From: Lama glama
Lineage: Eukaryota
DNA length: 64,000 nucleotides
Assembly (NCBI GenBank): GCA_028534125.1
Contig: CM052832.1
Location: 15,812,001 to 15,876,000 of the forward strand
Direction: 5' to 3'
This document shows, in pieces, positions 47,335 to 60,264 of this stretch (positions within the stretch are counted from its first letter, which is position 1; every line of letters begins with the position of its first letter). Below the pieces are notes generated by a model, which ran no database searches, was not told the DNA's origin, and saw nothing but the letters and a program-made list of their open reading frames with translations. A program made the position numbers and the translations under genes.

Positions 47335-47510
47335 TGTGTATTAGTCCACTTGAGCTGCCATCACAAAATACCACAGACTGGGTGGCTTAAACAACAGAAA
47401 TTAATTTTCTCGCAGTTCTGGAGGCTGGCAGTCTGCGATCAGGGTGCCAGCATGCTTGGTGTCTGGTGAGAACTCTCTTCCTGGCTTGCAGATGGCTGCC
47501 TTCTTGTATC
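47335..47510 (-). mobile_element. MLT1-type MaLR LTR fragment
   Basis: TGTATTAGT...CAAAATACCACAGACTGGGTGGCTTAAACAACAGAAAT...CAGTTCTGGAGGCTGG. Confidence 0.7.
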
Positions 47511-49452
47511 GTCCCACAGATGGGGCAGCCATTTCTCAGGTCCTGGTGTCCTAGGTGGTCTGCTTTTTATCTTTACCCTTCAGAGTCTTCTTATGTTTGT
47601 TTTATACATAGTGCCTGGGGTTTTTAGTTGTATTTAGTGGGAAGAATAGGGAAATGTAGGTCTATTTCATCTTCCCAGATAGGTCCATTCCTATATTCCT
47701 TCCTTCCTACAGAAATGTAGGTTTATTCCCACTTCCCAGATGTCTTTGTTGTAGGTTTTTGAGTACAACTTCCACTAAATTAAGTAGGTTTCCTTTTATT
47801 CCTAGTTTTCTGAGTTTTTAAAATAAAAAAATTGTAAACAGATGTTGAAATTTAAAAACAAGTTTTCCAGTATTGATTTATTTCATTATATATATTCTCC
47901 CTCTTAATCTCTTAATACAGTGAATTGTACTGAGAGATTTTTTTGATGTGAAATATCTTTGCATTCTTGGGATAAATCTTATTTGATCATCCTATAGTTA
48001 CATATTAACTGTTGGTTCTATTTAGTTAATATTTTACTTAAGGTGTTATATTTACTTTTATAAAGCATGGACATAAAATTTGCTTTTCGTATATTTCCTT
48101 ATTTATTTTTGCAATAAAAATTCTTCTATACACTGAGCTGGGCAGATTTTGTTCTTCATTCTTTTTTTCTGGAACAACATATATATGCTCTTTCCAAAGG
48201 CCAGTTTTTGTTTTCATTCATTCTTTTACTGGTTTTAGTTCCCTATTTCATTGTTCTCTTTCCTTATGTTTATCATTTCCTTCCTTCTTTCCTTGGGTTT
48301 GTTCTGTTCCTCTTTACCTAACTTTTGAGTTGAATTCTTAGTTCATTTTATTTTTTAAAAAAAATTTAGTTTCCTGATAAGTATAGTTAAAGGTAAAAAA
48401 TGTCCAGAACTAGGACATTTACCTCAAAGTTACATCACAGATGACCAGCATTAGAGTCTTTTGGGGGACTTGATGAAAATGCATATCTCTAGACACCCCT
48501 ACACTTGCTAAATCAGAATCCCTGGGGCTGGAGCCTGAGGATTTGCATTGAAGCTCACTTTCTAGGAATTCTTAAGTACACTGAGGTTTAAAAAGCATGA
48601 ATAAGCTGGTGGGGTTAATTACAAATTAATCTTATGAATGAAAAATTACACCAATGTGAATTAATTGGGGCAACTGGTCATTTCTTTAGTGTGAGGACAC
48701 TGATGATGACTTTATCTAATACTTTCTAGTTGCCCTATCTTTTTTATTTCCTACTGTCTTTTAGTATTACTTCTACATTTACTTTTTTTTGAGGTATAAT
48801 TGACACATAACATCATATAGATTCAGGTGTACAACATAATGACTCGATATACACTGCAAAGTGATCACCACAATAAGTCAACATCCATCACCATACATAG
48901 TTATGGATTCTTTTTTCTATGTTGAGAACTTTTAAATTTCACTCTCAGCAACTTTTAAATATGCAATACAATACCTAACTATAGTTATAACAATAGTTGC
49001 CATACTGTACCTTACACCTCCACGACTAATTTATTTTCCAGCTGGAAATTTGTACCTTCTACATTAGACTATCAAAGTTTATTTTCACTAAGTCTTCTTT
49101 CTGCTGGTGCAAAGGAAAATGTCTTTGTTTGCCCTTTTAGTAATTAATTGAAGTTAATAAATTAGAAGTTTAATTAAAAACTTTTAAGACATCCTTAGCT
49201 TTAATAAAAATATTTCCAAGGCATGTTCAAAGGGTGGCCACTAGATTGATGGTTTGAAGAACTAAATTGTATGTCAGCTGAGTTCAATAAATATTTATGA
49301 GCACTTATACATACAAGGCCCTTTGGACAAGAGTAAAAGAAGTGAGACACCATCAGTCCCTGGAGGAGCATATACTCTAAATATGCAGACAAAGCTAAAC
49401 ACATATTTGAACTGCAGTGTTCAAACCTAAAAAAAAAAAAGCATAAAGCCCT

Positions 49453-49824
49453 TTCTATGGTCTAAATATTTGTGTCCCTCTCTCCCTAAAATTCATAAAG
49501 TTGAAGCCCTAATGTGTAATGTGCTGATATTAGGAGGTGGAGACTTCGGGGAGGTGCTTAGGTCATGAGGGTGGGGCCCTCGGGAATGTGATTAGTGTTC
49601 TTATAAAAGAGACCTTACTGTGCTCCCTCGCCCCTTCAGCCATTCAGGCACAGTAAGGAGGTACCAGTGCTGAACCAGGAAGAGGGCCGTCACCAGACCG
49701 AGATCATGCTGGCACCTTGATCTTGGACCTCCCAGCCTCCAGAACAGTGAGAAACAAATTTCTGTTGTTTATAAGCCACCCAGGCTCTGGCATTCTGTTA
49801 TGGCAGCCCGGATGGACTAAGACA
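49453..49824 (+). mobile_element. MLT1A-type MaLR solo LTR
   Basis: CTATGG...TGTGTCCC...ATTAGGAGGTGG...GGCACCTTGATCTTGGAC...TTTCTGTTGTTTATAAGCCACCCAG...ACTAAGACA. Confidence 0.75.
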
Positions 49825-52800
49825 GCTTTCAGGAAAAAACATTTGAATACTTACATTTGAATGTTTATTTATTTATAAATTATCATAAATTATCCACATG
49901 ATTATACTCGCTATAACACACATAACTAGAAAAATTTAAAGTTGCCAAACCAATAGAAATAGAAATTCTAATATTTCCTTCTCATACCCCAAAGGATCTT
50001 TTGTGCATTTCCTGCAGTGTGCCCACTTCATTTTGGAAACGAGTGCTTTTGAAAACAGTTCATGCCTGTATACAATCAAGCACCAAGTTTTCTGTTACAG
50101 ACAAAAATTACTTTAGAGAGAAATAAGACCAAACCTAGAATGCCAGAACTGGGAAATGAACTGAATAAAATTCAGAACAAAATATATTTTAAAAATAGAT
50201 CAAATAATAAGAAACATGTGCTTTGGGATATGCTATAGGCTATTATGAGGAAGACACAGAGAACCCAGAACACAAATGAGTAACAGAGGGGAAAGAAAAA
50301 CAAGACAGAAACTTAAACACTTTCTTTTGGGAAAATGTCTTCCTGCCTCCTGTTGAGTCTGTGCTGACACCTACAGGTTACAATTCACCAGTGATTTTAC
50401 TTCAGGATTGTATAGTGTATGCTTTTCTATGTCTACTGAAAAAAAATCAAAATAGTTTTTTTTTTAGCACTTTTTAGCAGTAAAGTATTTTTATTTCATT
50501 TATTTTTTAAGTATTTTTTTAAAGTATAGTCAGTTACAATGTGTCAATTTCTGGTGTACAACATAATGTCCTAGTCATACATACATATACATATATTTGT
50601 TTTCATATTCTTTTTCAAAAATTAATAGTTTATAAATTTAGTTATTTATATATTCACTTATTTCTGTTTGTCAGGGACTCTTGATATTGGAAACATTTCT
50701 CTTTATGGCTTTGTAGATTGGCTGTGTTCCTGAAAGTCTTGACACATTTTATATATTAATCATTTTTTAAATGAAAAAATACATGCAAACAATTTAAAAT
50801 AAGACAGAGAATTCTAGGAAGAATTGTAAACCACTGAATAGAAAATCTTTGCTTAAATAATGACTGTTGAATACAGATTTGCTGCCCACACACACAAATG
50901 CACGTGTTCAACAAGCTGTCCATGCAGGGGCTGCTGGTTAGCACCTCTAAAAATGATGCTGAGGATACAAGAGGGAGAGGAAGACAGAATTCAAGGTCTA
51001 GCAACAGCGACAACAAAAATAACAACAATTCGAAAAGCGGTATTTTAAACTGTTCTGTATGAGGAGTGGGTGGCCTCAGTTGAAGGCAGAGAGGAGCTAG
51101 AGGCGGCAGCGGAAGGATAATTTAAGTTATGTCTGTCTCTTCTCACGCCACCCTCCCACTTCCCTTCCCTTCCTGTTCCTTCCTTAAACCACGGTTGTAG
51201 GTTTCCATGCAGGCAAGAATCTTAGCGCATGAGGTGAGAGACGGTGTGGCTGGCACGCTTTGGGCATTTAGTCCTTTACTTCTACGGATCCAATCCCCAG
51301 GGTTGGTGGATTACAACAACAAAAGGTAAAGGAACTAACCCCCTTGAATTCCTCCACTCAGAAATAAGTATTATCAAATTATTTTATTATTATTATTTTA
51401 AAAGGTGAGTATTATTCCAGGCCTCTCTCTACACCTAAGTATAATGGGGACTAGATATATAGATAGATAGAAGTAAATAGGATGAAAGAGTTTTATTTGA
51501 AATTAATAGAAAAGAATGAAATGACACTAAAAAATTGCTTAAGTTCAAATAAATGTTTCCTCATGCTGATAATACTAGTTTTTAAGTTATTCTTGAAATT
51601 TGAGAAAAATTTATGACACAAATTAACCTAAATGAAACTCTCATAAATATGTCTCAGCTGACATGTACATAAATAAATGTTCACTGCAGTAAAAACAAGT
51701 GAATCTGAACGAAAGCAAGAGAAACACAAAAAATAAAACACAATCTAGAAACCAATCTGAAGTCCACCAGTACTGGTGTAGATTAATTGTAATAAATCGT
51801 GATATAGTTATTCAATAGTACACAACGCAGCACTTTTAATGGATGACTTAGAGTTACATCTATCAACACGAATAAAACTAAAAAAAAAGTTGAACAAATA
51901 CACATAGATAACATTTCATAAAAATTAAAACTCTATGAAATAATACTTTATAACATTTAAGGAGTCACAAATTTTAGTAAAAGTATTAAAAACAGGCACA
52001 ATGATAATGAAACTGACTTCATGCTTGGTGACTACATCTGGGAAAGAAGAAAAAATGAAACTGTTCAGGGGCAGTAGAATTATAGTCATGGATTTCTTAA
52101 AAGATGTTTGTTATTGTTTTGCAGAGGTGTGGTCAGAGGACCCTTGGGAAAGGGAGATCCCTGAGATTCTTTTAGCAGATCCACAAGGTCAAAGTTATTC
52201 ATAATACTAAGATGTTACTAGTCTATTTCCCTTTCGTTCCCATGTGGACAGTAGAGTTCACCAAAGGCTACAACGGTATGTGATGACATCATTGCTCTAA
52301 TAGTTAATGGATTGTGTGCTGTGTATAGTATTTTCTAAGGTAGTGAATTTAGGATATTAACATCTATATTTTCAGAAATTAACTCAGTTTGTTCTCAGTA
52401 CTTCTATTGTGCTCCAACCATCTCTCTTCAGTTATATCTGCTTTAGTCTCTGTAATTTCATTCTCTTCCAAGAAGTCATTATTTTTAAATCCCAAAGTTT
52501 TTCCTGCTTCTATACAGAAACACATCAAGAATTAAGTTTATCTTGTTTGGCAACAATATTAAAATATTTTTCAAAAACATTTTTAATTTTCAAAATTTTA
52601 TATGAAATGTATTATTTTAGAATGGAATAATGTTTTATTCTAAAATAAAAGAAAATGTATTTATAATGCATTTTCTTGTATTTAAGGATGGATTGTTGGC
52701 TTAAAATAGGGAGATGAGAAGACACATCTTTCTCATCTCTTGTCAACGTTGCCTATGTCTGAAAAAGATGAAACTGACATGTCAGCAAGTTCGCTAATTC

Positions 52801-53570
52801 ATGGAAAGGAAGAATATGTTTCAAAGAAACTGGGCAAAATTGTAAATATAAAAAAAATCAAAAGATATTTCCTTCAGCTTTACAGATGTTAATAATTTAC
52901 GTTATTGTATCTTATGCAATAGAACATTTTCAAAAACTAATATGGTTCCAATTAAGTTGCAGCATCATTTTGGGTCCAATAATTTGGTGTTCAAAAAAAA
53001 AAGGAATTAAGTATTTTCAATGTAGATGTGACAAACTCTTTAAAAACCTTTTACAGGACATTATCATATTGCTTTGGCTGGAGTTGCTCATACCATAGCA
53101 GACAGACTAGTAAGCCTTATACAGTTGCATTGCCGGATGCCTGCTAGATGAAAAGTCAGTATAAGAAAAAATGGTACTGCCACCTTCCAATGATACATTA
53201 ACTTGTCAAATGAAAGATTTAACTGCAAACATAAGGACTGAATCAATACCTTATGTGAAAAATTTTATCTTTGCCTTACAGATGGACTGATGCATAGATA
53301 AGTATGGACGTACTGTTTTGCTTGCATTCATTTAGCATCAGTACAAACCAAACACTGAAGATCTTTTATGTGAATGTTTGAGGACAAACACAGGGTGCTG
53401 AAAACATTAACAGTGTTGTATAAACTTTTTTGAATCTCATGGCTTCTCCTGTAAGAACTGTGTTGACATTTATACTGATGGTGGAAAAACAACGGTGGGT
53501 TATACAAGTGGTGCTTCAGCATGAATCAAGCTAATGATATCAAACTCTATTAGAAGTCCTTGTATTCTTT

Positions 53571-53710
53571 TTTTTTGTGTGGAGGGGGAGTGGGTGGGAG
53601 GTAATTAGGTTTATTTATTTACTTACTTTTAGAAGGATACTGGGGATTGAACCTAGGATCTTGTGCATGCTAATCAAGCGCTCTACCATTTGGGCTATAC
53701 CCTCTCCACT
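53571..53710 (-). mobile_element. Vic-1-like SINE inserted in Charlie1-like element
   Basis: Consensus match; 18-bp TSD GAAGTC(C/A)TTGTATTCTTT. Confidence 0.85.
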
Positions 53711-53939
53711 GAAGTCATTGTATTCTTTACTACACACAGTCACTGTTTTTAAACAAGTCTGTTTCACTAGAGAATGTTCTTGATGAAGCAATAAAAATTA
53801 TTTTTATTAAATCTCAATTCATGAGTACATTTTAAGAAATATTCTATGTGATGAAAAGTACCCATAAAGCACTTTTGCTGCATTTTGAAACATGGTGGTT
53901 GTCTCCATACTTAAAAAAAATTAAACAAAATTTTTATTA

Positions 53940-54078
53940 CTTTTTTTTTTTGCTGTTATTGTTTGTGGCGGTGGGGGGTAATTAGGTTTATTTATTTAAA
54001 TGGAGGTACTGGGGACTGACCCTAAGACCTCATGCATGCTAAGCACACACTTTACCACTGAGCTACACCTTCCGCCCT
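53940..54078 (-). mobile_element. Vic-1-like SINE inserted in Charlie1-like element
   Basis: Consensus match. Confidence 0.8.
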
Positions 54079-55914
54079 GCTACTTTCTTCATAGAATAAA
54101 ACATTTTTTTCACTTGGAAAACCGATAGAAAACTGGTTATTCAGACTTGGGTTTGGCAGACATTTTCTTGAAAAGGAACAAGGTGAGATGGTCACTTCAA
54201 GGAAAACAACTGATTGAAACTATTGCCAATGATAACATTTAGCCTTTCAAGTGAAAATTAGAATTTTGGGAAGCTACTGTGGGATAGTTAAAATTTTTTC
54301 TGATGGGATCAACAATATTAATGGTGATTTCTTGATGTTGTATAAAGTGTGTTAACATTTAAAATACTGCATAATTCGGTGAACTGACATTTTCTAATGA
54401 CCAATGCATGATGTTACAGAATCATGCATGAGTTTAAAAGATCCTTTCAAAGTGCAAGATAGGCCAGTAGATTTCAATAACTGCCTGTCATTTATTCCTG
54501 AACCAGGAACCTTAGACTCACCCTATATTCTTTCTTCTCCTTTGACCCTCTTCATTTTATTTCTCAATAGTTAGTGTAAATTCCACCTCCCAGACAGCCT
54601 TCAGCAGATTCACTCATCTTCATTACTACTCCTAATGCTTCCATTTAGAACTTGGGGTAATTTTACTTGTTTCTTAACATTTCTTGATCTTGCTACTGCC
54701 CCCTTCCCCTGCTTCTCTGTTTCACTTTATTCTCCAGTAAGCTGATCTGATTATAGCTCTTTATAAAAAACATGCTGATTCATGACTCCATCCTTTACAT
54801 TCATGTGGTTTCCTTTGTCTAGAATGTCCGCCTCCTTCTGCCTACTTGGAAAACTCCAAGTTCTATCAACATTCCGTTCAGGGGTCTCTTTCTCCAGGCA
54901 GCTTTTCTGACTCGTATCAATAAGAGTTAATCACTTTATTGCTCTGAGTTACCTTCTCCCCAACCATTGAAGTACTTATTATTCTGTAAAATGTTGGCTT
55001 TCTGCAGAATTCTTGTTACAGAATTATATTTTGGTTTGGTGATGTTTACCTATACTGAGCAATGCCATTAGAAACAGGTCTGTGAAACTCTACTGGGTTT
55101 CCTAAAGCAATATTGTTGGGAGGTGATTCTTCCAATTACAAGTTTCCTTTTTATAGGGACTTGAGAAAGATATTTCCACTCTTATCATCATATTAGTTAT
55201 TCTCTGGATTTATTTTATTATACAGTACTATTAACACTTTTTTTTTTGGAGTTGGTTGTCAGACAATTTTAAGCCACAATTGTGGCCCACTTCTAGCAAA
55301 CCTAAGATTTTGGGATCTATGATAAGCCTCATTTTAGACTCTAGCGAGGTGTCTTGCTTCCTGAGAACTGAAGTCAGGCATAGTCAGTTTTCCCGTATTG
55401 ATAGAGAACTGGGAAGGAGTATGAGAACCACTAAGGTGCAGAGCCTGCAGCCTGAGATGGCTACTGCGTCTGATTTACAGGGCAGTTGTTGCCCTTGGCA
55501 GGACAGATAGGTAGATGGGTGACTCTTGGTGTTTGAGAAGCTTACAGATGTCACATGGTAGTATTTTCTCTTCTACTATATGCTTTATTTTCCTCTTGGA
55601 AAGGGGTTGTTGGATAATTTTTAACTTTCCCAAGAGTCTGATTACTTCTTCCTCATTGTTTGATACGATGAAAAGTGATGTGCTTATCCCTGCTCTTACA
55701 GTACACTTTTCCCATCTCCCCTTTCATAATCATTTTTCTCCCGCTTTACACAAGAAAGGCATACAGCTTACCTATCCCAAACATAATCCTCGTGCTTTAA
55801 CCTGGGAATGAAATATTTCTGAGTACTAAAGAAAAGGACCATTAAAAAACCAGTGTCCACGAAGCCTCCTTTAATCACAGCGTTATGTCCTTCTTTGTCA
55901 TCTATGTATATTTT

Positions 55915-56150
55915 TGATTAAGGGCAATGACCCTCAGCCATTCTGCTCCACAGGAGACATCTGGCAATATCTGCCGACATTTCTGGTTGTCACAACAGAA
56001 GGGCTGGGATTGAGGATCAGTGCTACTGGCATCCAGTGGGGAGAGGTGGGGGGTGCTACAGTGTACATTATACATTGCACAGGACAGTCCCCTACAATGA
56101 AGAATTATTCAACTCCAAATGTCAATAATGCCACAGGCTGAGTAACCTCG
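55915..56150 (+). mobile_element. MER20-like MITE
   Basis: GGAGACATCTGGCAAT...TTTCTGGTTGTCACAAC...TGCTACTGGCATCCAGTGGG...GCACAGGACAG...AAGAATTAT...CAAATGTCAAT. Confidence 0.7.
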
Positions 56151-57329
56151 AGTTAAGGGAGACATGTGGCTTAAGAAATGAAGGAGTTTTGGCCTATGCT
56201 GCAGTATTTCAGATTCAGATAATTCCTTGGTGGAGAAGCTGGGATGCTGACAAATTTTCATCTGATGACTTTGATGCTTCCTCTCCTGATAACTGTTAAG
56301 ACTGAATATTGCTCCTTGGCATTGGCAAGAAATACTGATGGTGGTGGTTTTTTCTTTCATTCAGTGACAAACTCACGGCAAGGTTCCGATCCTTGTCTGT
56401 TTCAGGATTAGAATATTTCAATTTTTAAAAATTCTGTAAAGAAATACTAACTTGCTACAAAGCACTAAGTACTAACAAAGACCCACTCACTTGTGTCTCA
56501 TCTGTACTTTACTTTCTTATTTTGCATGATTTTGAGGCAGTGAAGGCAAAAATCTCAACATTTATTTCTGACAGATCAACATTACATTTTGGAGTAAAAT
56601 AAACACACATTGGGGGTACTTTAATAGATGTTTTGTCAAACTTATTCAGACTCATAAGAGAAATATTTTCGTTACCTTTTACCAAATATTATTGGATTGT
56701 ATAAATACATTTTTCTACTTGGGTTCCAGTTTAGGATGTACTGTTATTTCTCTGCTCATTTATTTACTTTTATCATATACCCACTAGCTTAATTCAGATT
56801 AATCTGATGAAAATACCTTGTGGATTCTGCTGTAAGTAATGCACATAGCGATCAGTAATAGAATTTATGTAAATTTCCACTTACTGGTGATCTAATATCT
56901 TCTTTTCATTTTTGTTGTTGATTTCCACTAAGTAGATTAAATTGTGGTCTTTAAAGCAGAAATCCATTTATGAATTAAAACAAAACAAAATGTTCCCAAA
57001 TGCAATCTTGGAGGTAATGCCTTAAACTTTAGAAACCTAGGTTCATTTATTTTGGATTAATTTCTCCCTCTTGGATGTTGGCACACTGTTCTACATCTGT
57101 CAAATACAGAATTAGAAAATAAATCATTTTCTACAATGAAATGAAATTATATAAGCACGTTAAAGTGTCTATCTCTTTGCCGTATTTTTAAAAAACACTT
57201 CCAAATGACATAAAAAATGGAAAAAGTTCTTTATTCAGAACTTACTGAATTTTCATTTTCAATTTTATGGGTTTGTTTCTTTTTAACCTCATTGCCACTT
57301 AATTCAAGTTTCACAAACAAGATGCCTCT

Positions 57330-58520
57330 AAGTGAAAGGCTAATAGGTATAATTTTTAGTTATTTCATAAGAATTTGTAAAGCCTTTTTGGTATTGAGAA
57401 AGTGATAGAACCTAAGGTATGTGTAAAAACAGTTTTGAAGAAAACAAAATTGAAAGAAACTCTACATTTGTGTCATGGGACTATTAAAAATGGTACTTAG
57501 TAATAGCTCACTATGTGAGTTTTTGGCATATAACTAAGAAGAAATATTTTTAAATTGAGTGAAGTTGCTATAACAAAATTCTTTCCATTCCCATACTTAT
57601 TCTGTTCCCACACTTATGTATGTGAACAAAATTCTTTAGTTATTTCATATTAAAATTTATTTTAAGGGAATTCATATAACCGGAATCTGTCCTCACAATA
57701 AATAACTTTCATCAACATAAAGTTAGCAAAATAAAGCTCCTATCCATCTCAGTAAGAGACACATTTCCACTTAAATTTTACTTTTTAAAAATTTGTACTT
57801 TTTATATTTTTATTTACTAAAATATGTATTATTCACATTGTTTTGATCAACCATGTATCTCTAATAATTGTAATATTATCTTAATCCACCTGACTTTTTA
57901 AACCTTTACAACAAGAAATAAAAAATTCATTTTAAGAACAAATTTTTTTTGCAAAGAAACATAATAGATGGATTAAGAAAATATTTCCAAGAAGAAAAAT
58001 ACATTCTATTAGGACACAGCCAGGGTGGGGAACTCAAAAACATTTCTATAGGGGGAGTAAAATGAAGATATGAATTCAAAGGAAAAAGAAGTTACAAAGT
58101 AAAAATTCCAACTGTTAAGGAAGGGGTTGTTTGTACATTTTATTTTTTATTTATTTTTATTTAAAAGTTAAAAAATATTTATTCAGGTTTTTTGGGGGAG
58201 GAGGTAATTAGACTATTTATTTATTTAAATTTGTTTTTGTAATGGAGGTATTAGGGATTGAACCTAAGTAGTGCTAAGCATGCACTATACCACTGAGCTA
58301 TATCCTTCCCTATGTCTGTGCATTTTAAAAATTAATGATGGGTGTCAAAACATGGCATTTGGATTTCATTGGACACATGATGGAGTGATTAACAGTTTTA
58401 TACAAATGTGTTCATATATATAATATTTCAAAATTTATATTATTTGCAATTATGTGAATCCATGCTGAGAATTTCAGGTCAACTTAAACCCTGTGGGAAG
58501 AGGCATATGCTATTTCACAA
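57330..58520 (+). mobile_element. Charlie2-like hAT fragment (dimerisation-domain remnant)
   Basis: SLCEFW...LSEVAITKFFPFP...YVCEQ-like remnant followed by CCATCTCA.TAAGAGA.CATTTCCA. Confidence 0.5.
58190..58310 (-). mobile_element. Vic-1-like SINE (small internal deletion)
   Basis: Consensus match. Confidence 0.8.
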
Positions 58521-58893
58521 TTCTTCTAGGAGAGATGTGAAGGGGAGACCACTGAGTAATTCTTCCCCCTTCCTGTGTTACCCTCAGGAACATAGACATA
58601 CAACTGAAGAAGAGAACCTACCTAGGTGTCAGCAGAGGCAGGAAGGAGTGGTCAGTTTTTTTCCAGTTCAATGCCAGGAAGCCCAGTCCAACTGTGGAAG
58701 GAAACAATAAGGCAGAGATGCGCTAGTCTGGAAGCCCCCGGTATTCTGGAAGGCCTGCCCACATCCCGAATTACTAAACCCCAAAGCTCCCTTCAGCTCA
58801 GTAGACTGTCCTATAACTTTCACCAACTCTGCCCCACAGCAAAGAACCAATTTTTCCGTTCCCTTGTAATTTGAACCCCTCTCCCTTAGTTAC

Positions 58894-58925
58894 TTGATGA
58901 TGAGGATACTGCGCTCTTTCACTAC
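58894..58925 (-). pseudogene. Class I pseudogene exon 6 (cytoplasmic) remnant, 32 nt
   Basis: TTCTCTTCCCAG/GTAGTGAAAGAGCGCAGTATCCTCATCATCAA/GTAAC; the canonical exon 6 is 33 nt (GGKGGSYSQAA) and the Tyr position is kept. Confidence 0.7.
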
Positions 58926-59487
58926 CTGGGAAGAGAACATGACCTGTGTGAAATGTGTGTGGAAGTGGAGGTTATGAGGTCCTGGGGCAAGCCAATAATC
59001 TTATATTTGAAGTAGTATAAACATGTAAATGCCAGACCCAAGTATAAACATGTACATACCCGACCCAAGGTAGAACCTGGAAGCAATGGGTGAAAAGGGG
59101 AGTAAGGGCCAGGCATAGGACAATTGCACTCCTGAAGTCTGTCCTTCTGGCGGAAAGAAGTGGCTTTCCTCCAAGGAACCCTACATCTGGGGACCACACC
59201 AAGTTTCTTTGACACCAAATTTTCTCCCCATATACATTTGGGGTAGATATCCACTTTGACTATTCAATACACCATTTGTAGCACCATTTACACACACACA
59301 TGCTTACCTAGAGGGTTTTTTGTTTGTTTTTGAGCAAGTCTGGGACCTGGCTTCTTCCCATTGAATCACTAGGGACAAACTTGAGAAATGCAAGAAAATT
59401 CTTGGTGTAGATCTCTTGGAAGCAAGGAAATCATTGCTCGGGTGCCTGGGTGCCCTTCTGGTCACTCTCCAGGCTCCTGGCTCAGCT

Positions 59488-59555
59488 TCTCCAGCTCTTA
59501 CAAACAAGCAGGGGAGATCTGTCTCCAGCTCTTACAAACAAGCAGGGGAGATATG
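59488..59555. repeat. 34-bp tandem duplication
   Basis: TCTCCAGCTCTTACAAACAAGCAGGGGAGAT at 59488-59518 and 59522-59552. Confidence 0.95.
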
Positions 59556-59955
59556 AATGCAGCCCAGGCACTTGGAGTTCAGCCCACAGACTGACCATCC
59601 CTTGTAGATACTGGGTACTGCTGATTTTGCAGTTCTCCATCTCGACTGCTTCTCAGATTGACCACGAGATGTTTCCACCAGCCTCTTGCCTCAGTGCCTC
59701 TGACCCAAGCAGCACATGCAAGGAGCTCACTTGTGCTGCCCCCTTCAGTGGTGGCTTCTTGATCACACCCTTTGCCAACCAGGCTGAGACTTGCCTGCCT
59801 GAGGTCATACTCCTCTCCATCCTCTACAGCACATTTGCGAGTCACTGTCTCTGCCCTGAGTATGAGTCATGGGGATATCCTGCACCTGCTTAACCATGGG
59901 AAGCCCAGAAGTTAAGATGAAGAGGCCACTCCCTTTCTACTCACTCCCTTTCTAC

Positions 59956-60065
59956 TCAAGTTTTTCATCTATATTATCCAACCTCCACTCTAATAACAGG
60001 AACATCAAGGAAGACTAGGCCAGCAATTATGTCCATGATGACTATAAAGAGGTAGGAAGATGGCT
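59956..60065 (-). pseudogene. Class I pseudogene exon 5 (transmembrane) remnant
   Basis: PSSYLFIVIMDIIAGLVFLDVPVI...* vs class I EPSSQPTIPIVGIIAGLVLLGAVI. Degraded acceptor and in-frame stops. Confidence 0.85.
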
Positions 60066-60218
60066 TTTGAGAAAGGGGAAAGAGATGGCTTATGATTCTC
60101 TCTTGGCTGGAAGCCTGGTCCTGCTTAAGGCACTCTGGATGGCTCCTGATTTCCTTGGTCTAAGAATAGATTTCCTTGGTCTGACAAGAGATTTCCTTCC
60201 CCATATACCCCTTCATAC

Positions 60219-60264
60219 CCACTCCCAGGCTGAGAGATGCGATGTGAGACCAAGAGGATGGTGT
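60219..60264 (-). pseudogene. Class I pseudogene exon 4 (alpha3) stub, 46 nt
   Basis: Acceptor TTTTCTCTCTCAG/AC, then D-TILLVSHRISQ (class I DPPKTHVTHHPISD), joined directly to TGG/GTATGA and class I-like intron 4. Confidence 0.65.

Larger units (their letters stand above)
52120..54480 (+). mobile_element. Charlie1-like hAT DNA transposon with fossil transposase
   Basis: Charlie1-like 5' end and broken transposase motifs (KLQHHF, AHTIAD.L, PSNDT, FALQMD, DIYTDGG); many stops; split by two SINEs. Confidence 0.75.

Noticed and set aside
52620..54480. Domesticated ZBED/Buster-type transposase gene
   Set aside because: Numerous stops and frameshifts plus two SINE insertions; a neutral fossil.
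59579..59845. Possible histone H2B copy (one is recalled between DMB and PSMB9 in cattle); weak ELLACAAWVRGTEA vs ELAKHAVSEGTKA likeness
   Set aside because: No other histone-fold motifs nearby; similarity too short to support.
59488..60200. Short direct repeats resembling an array
   Set aside because: Simple local tandem duplications without spacers in mammalian DNA; not CRISPR-like.
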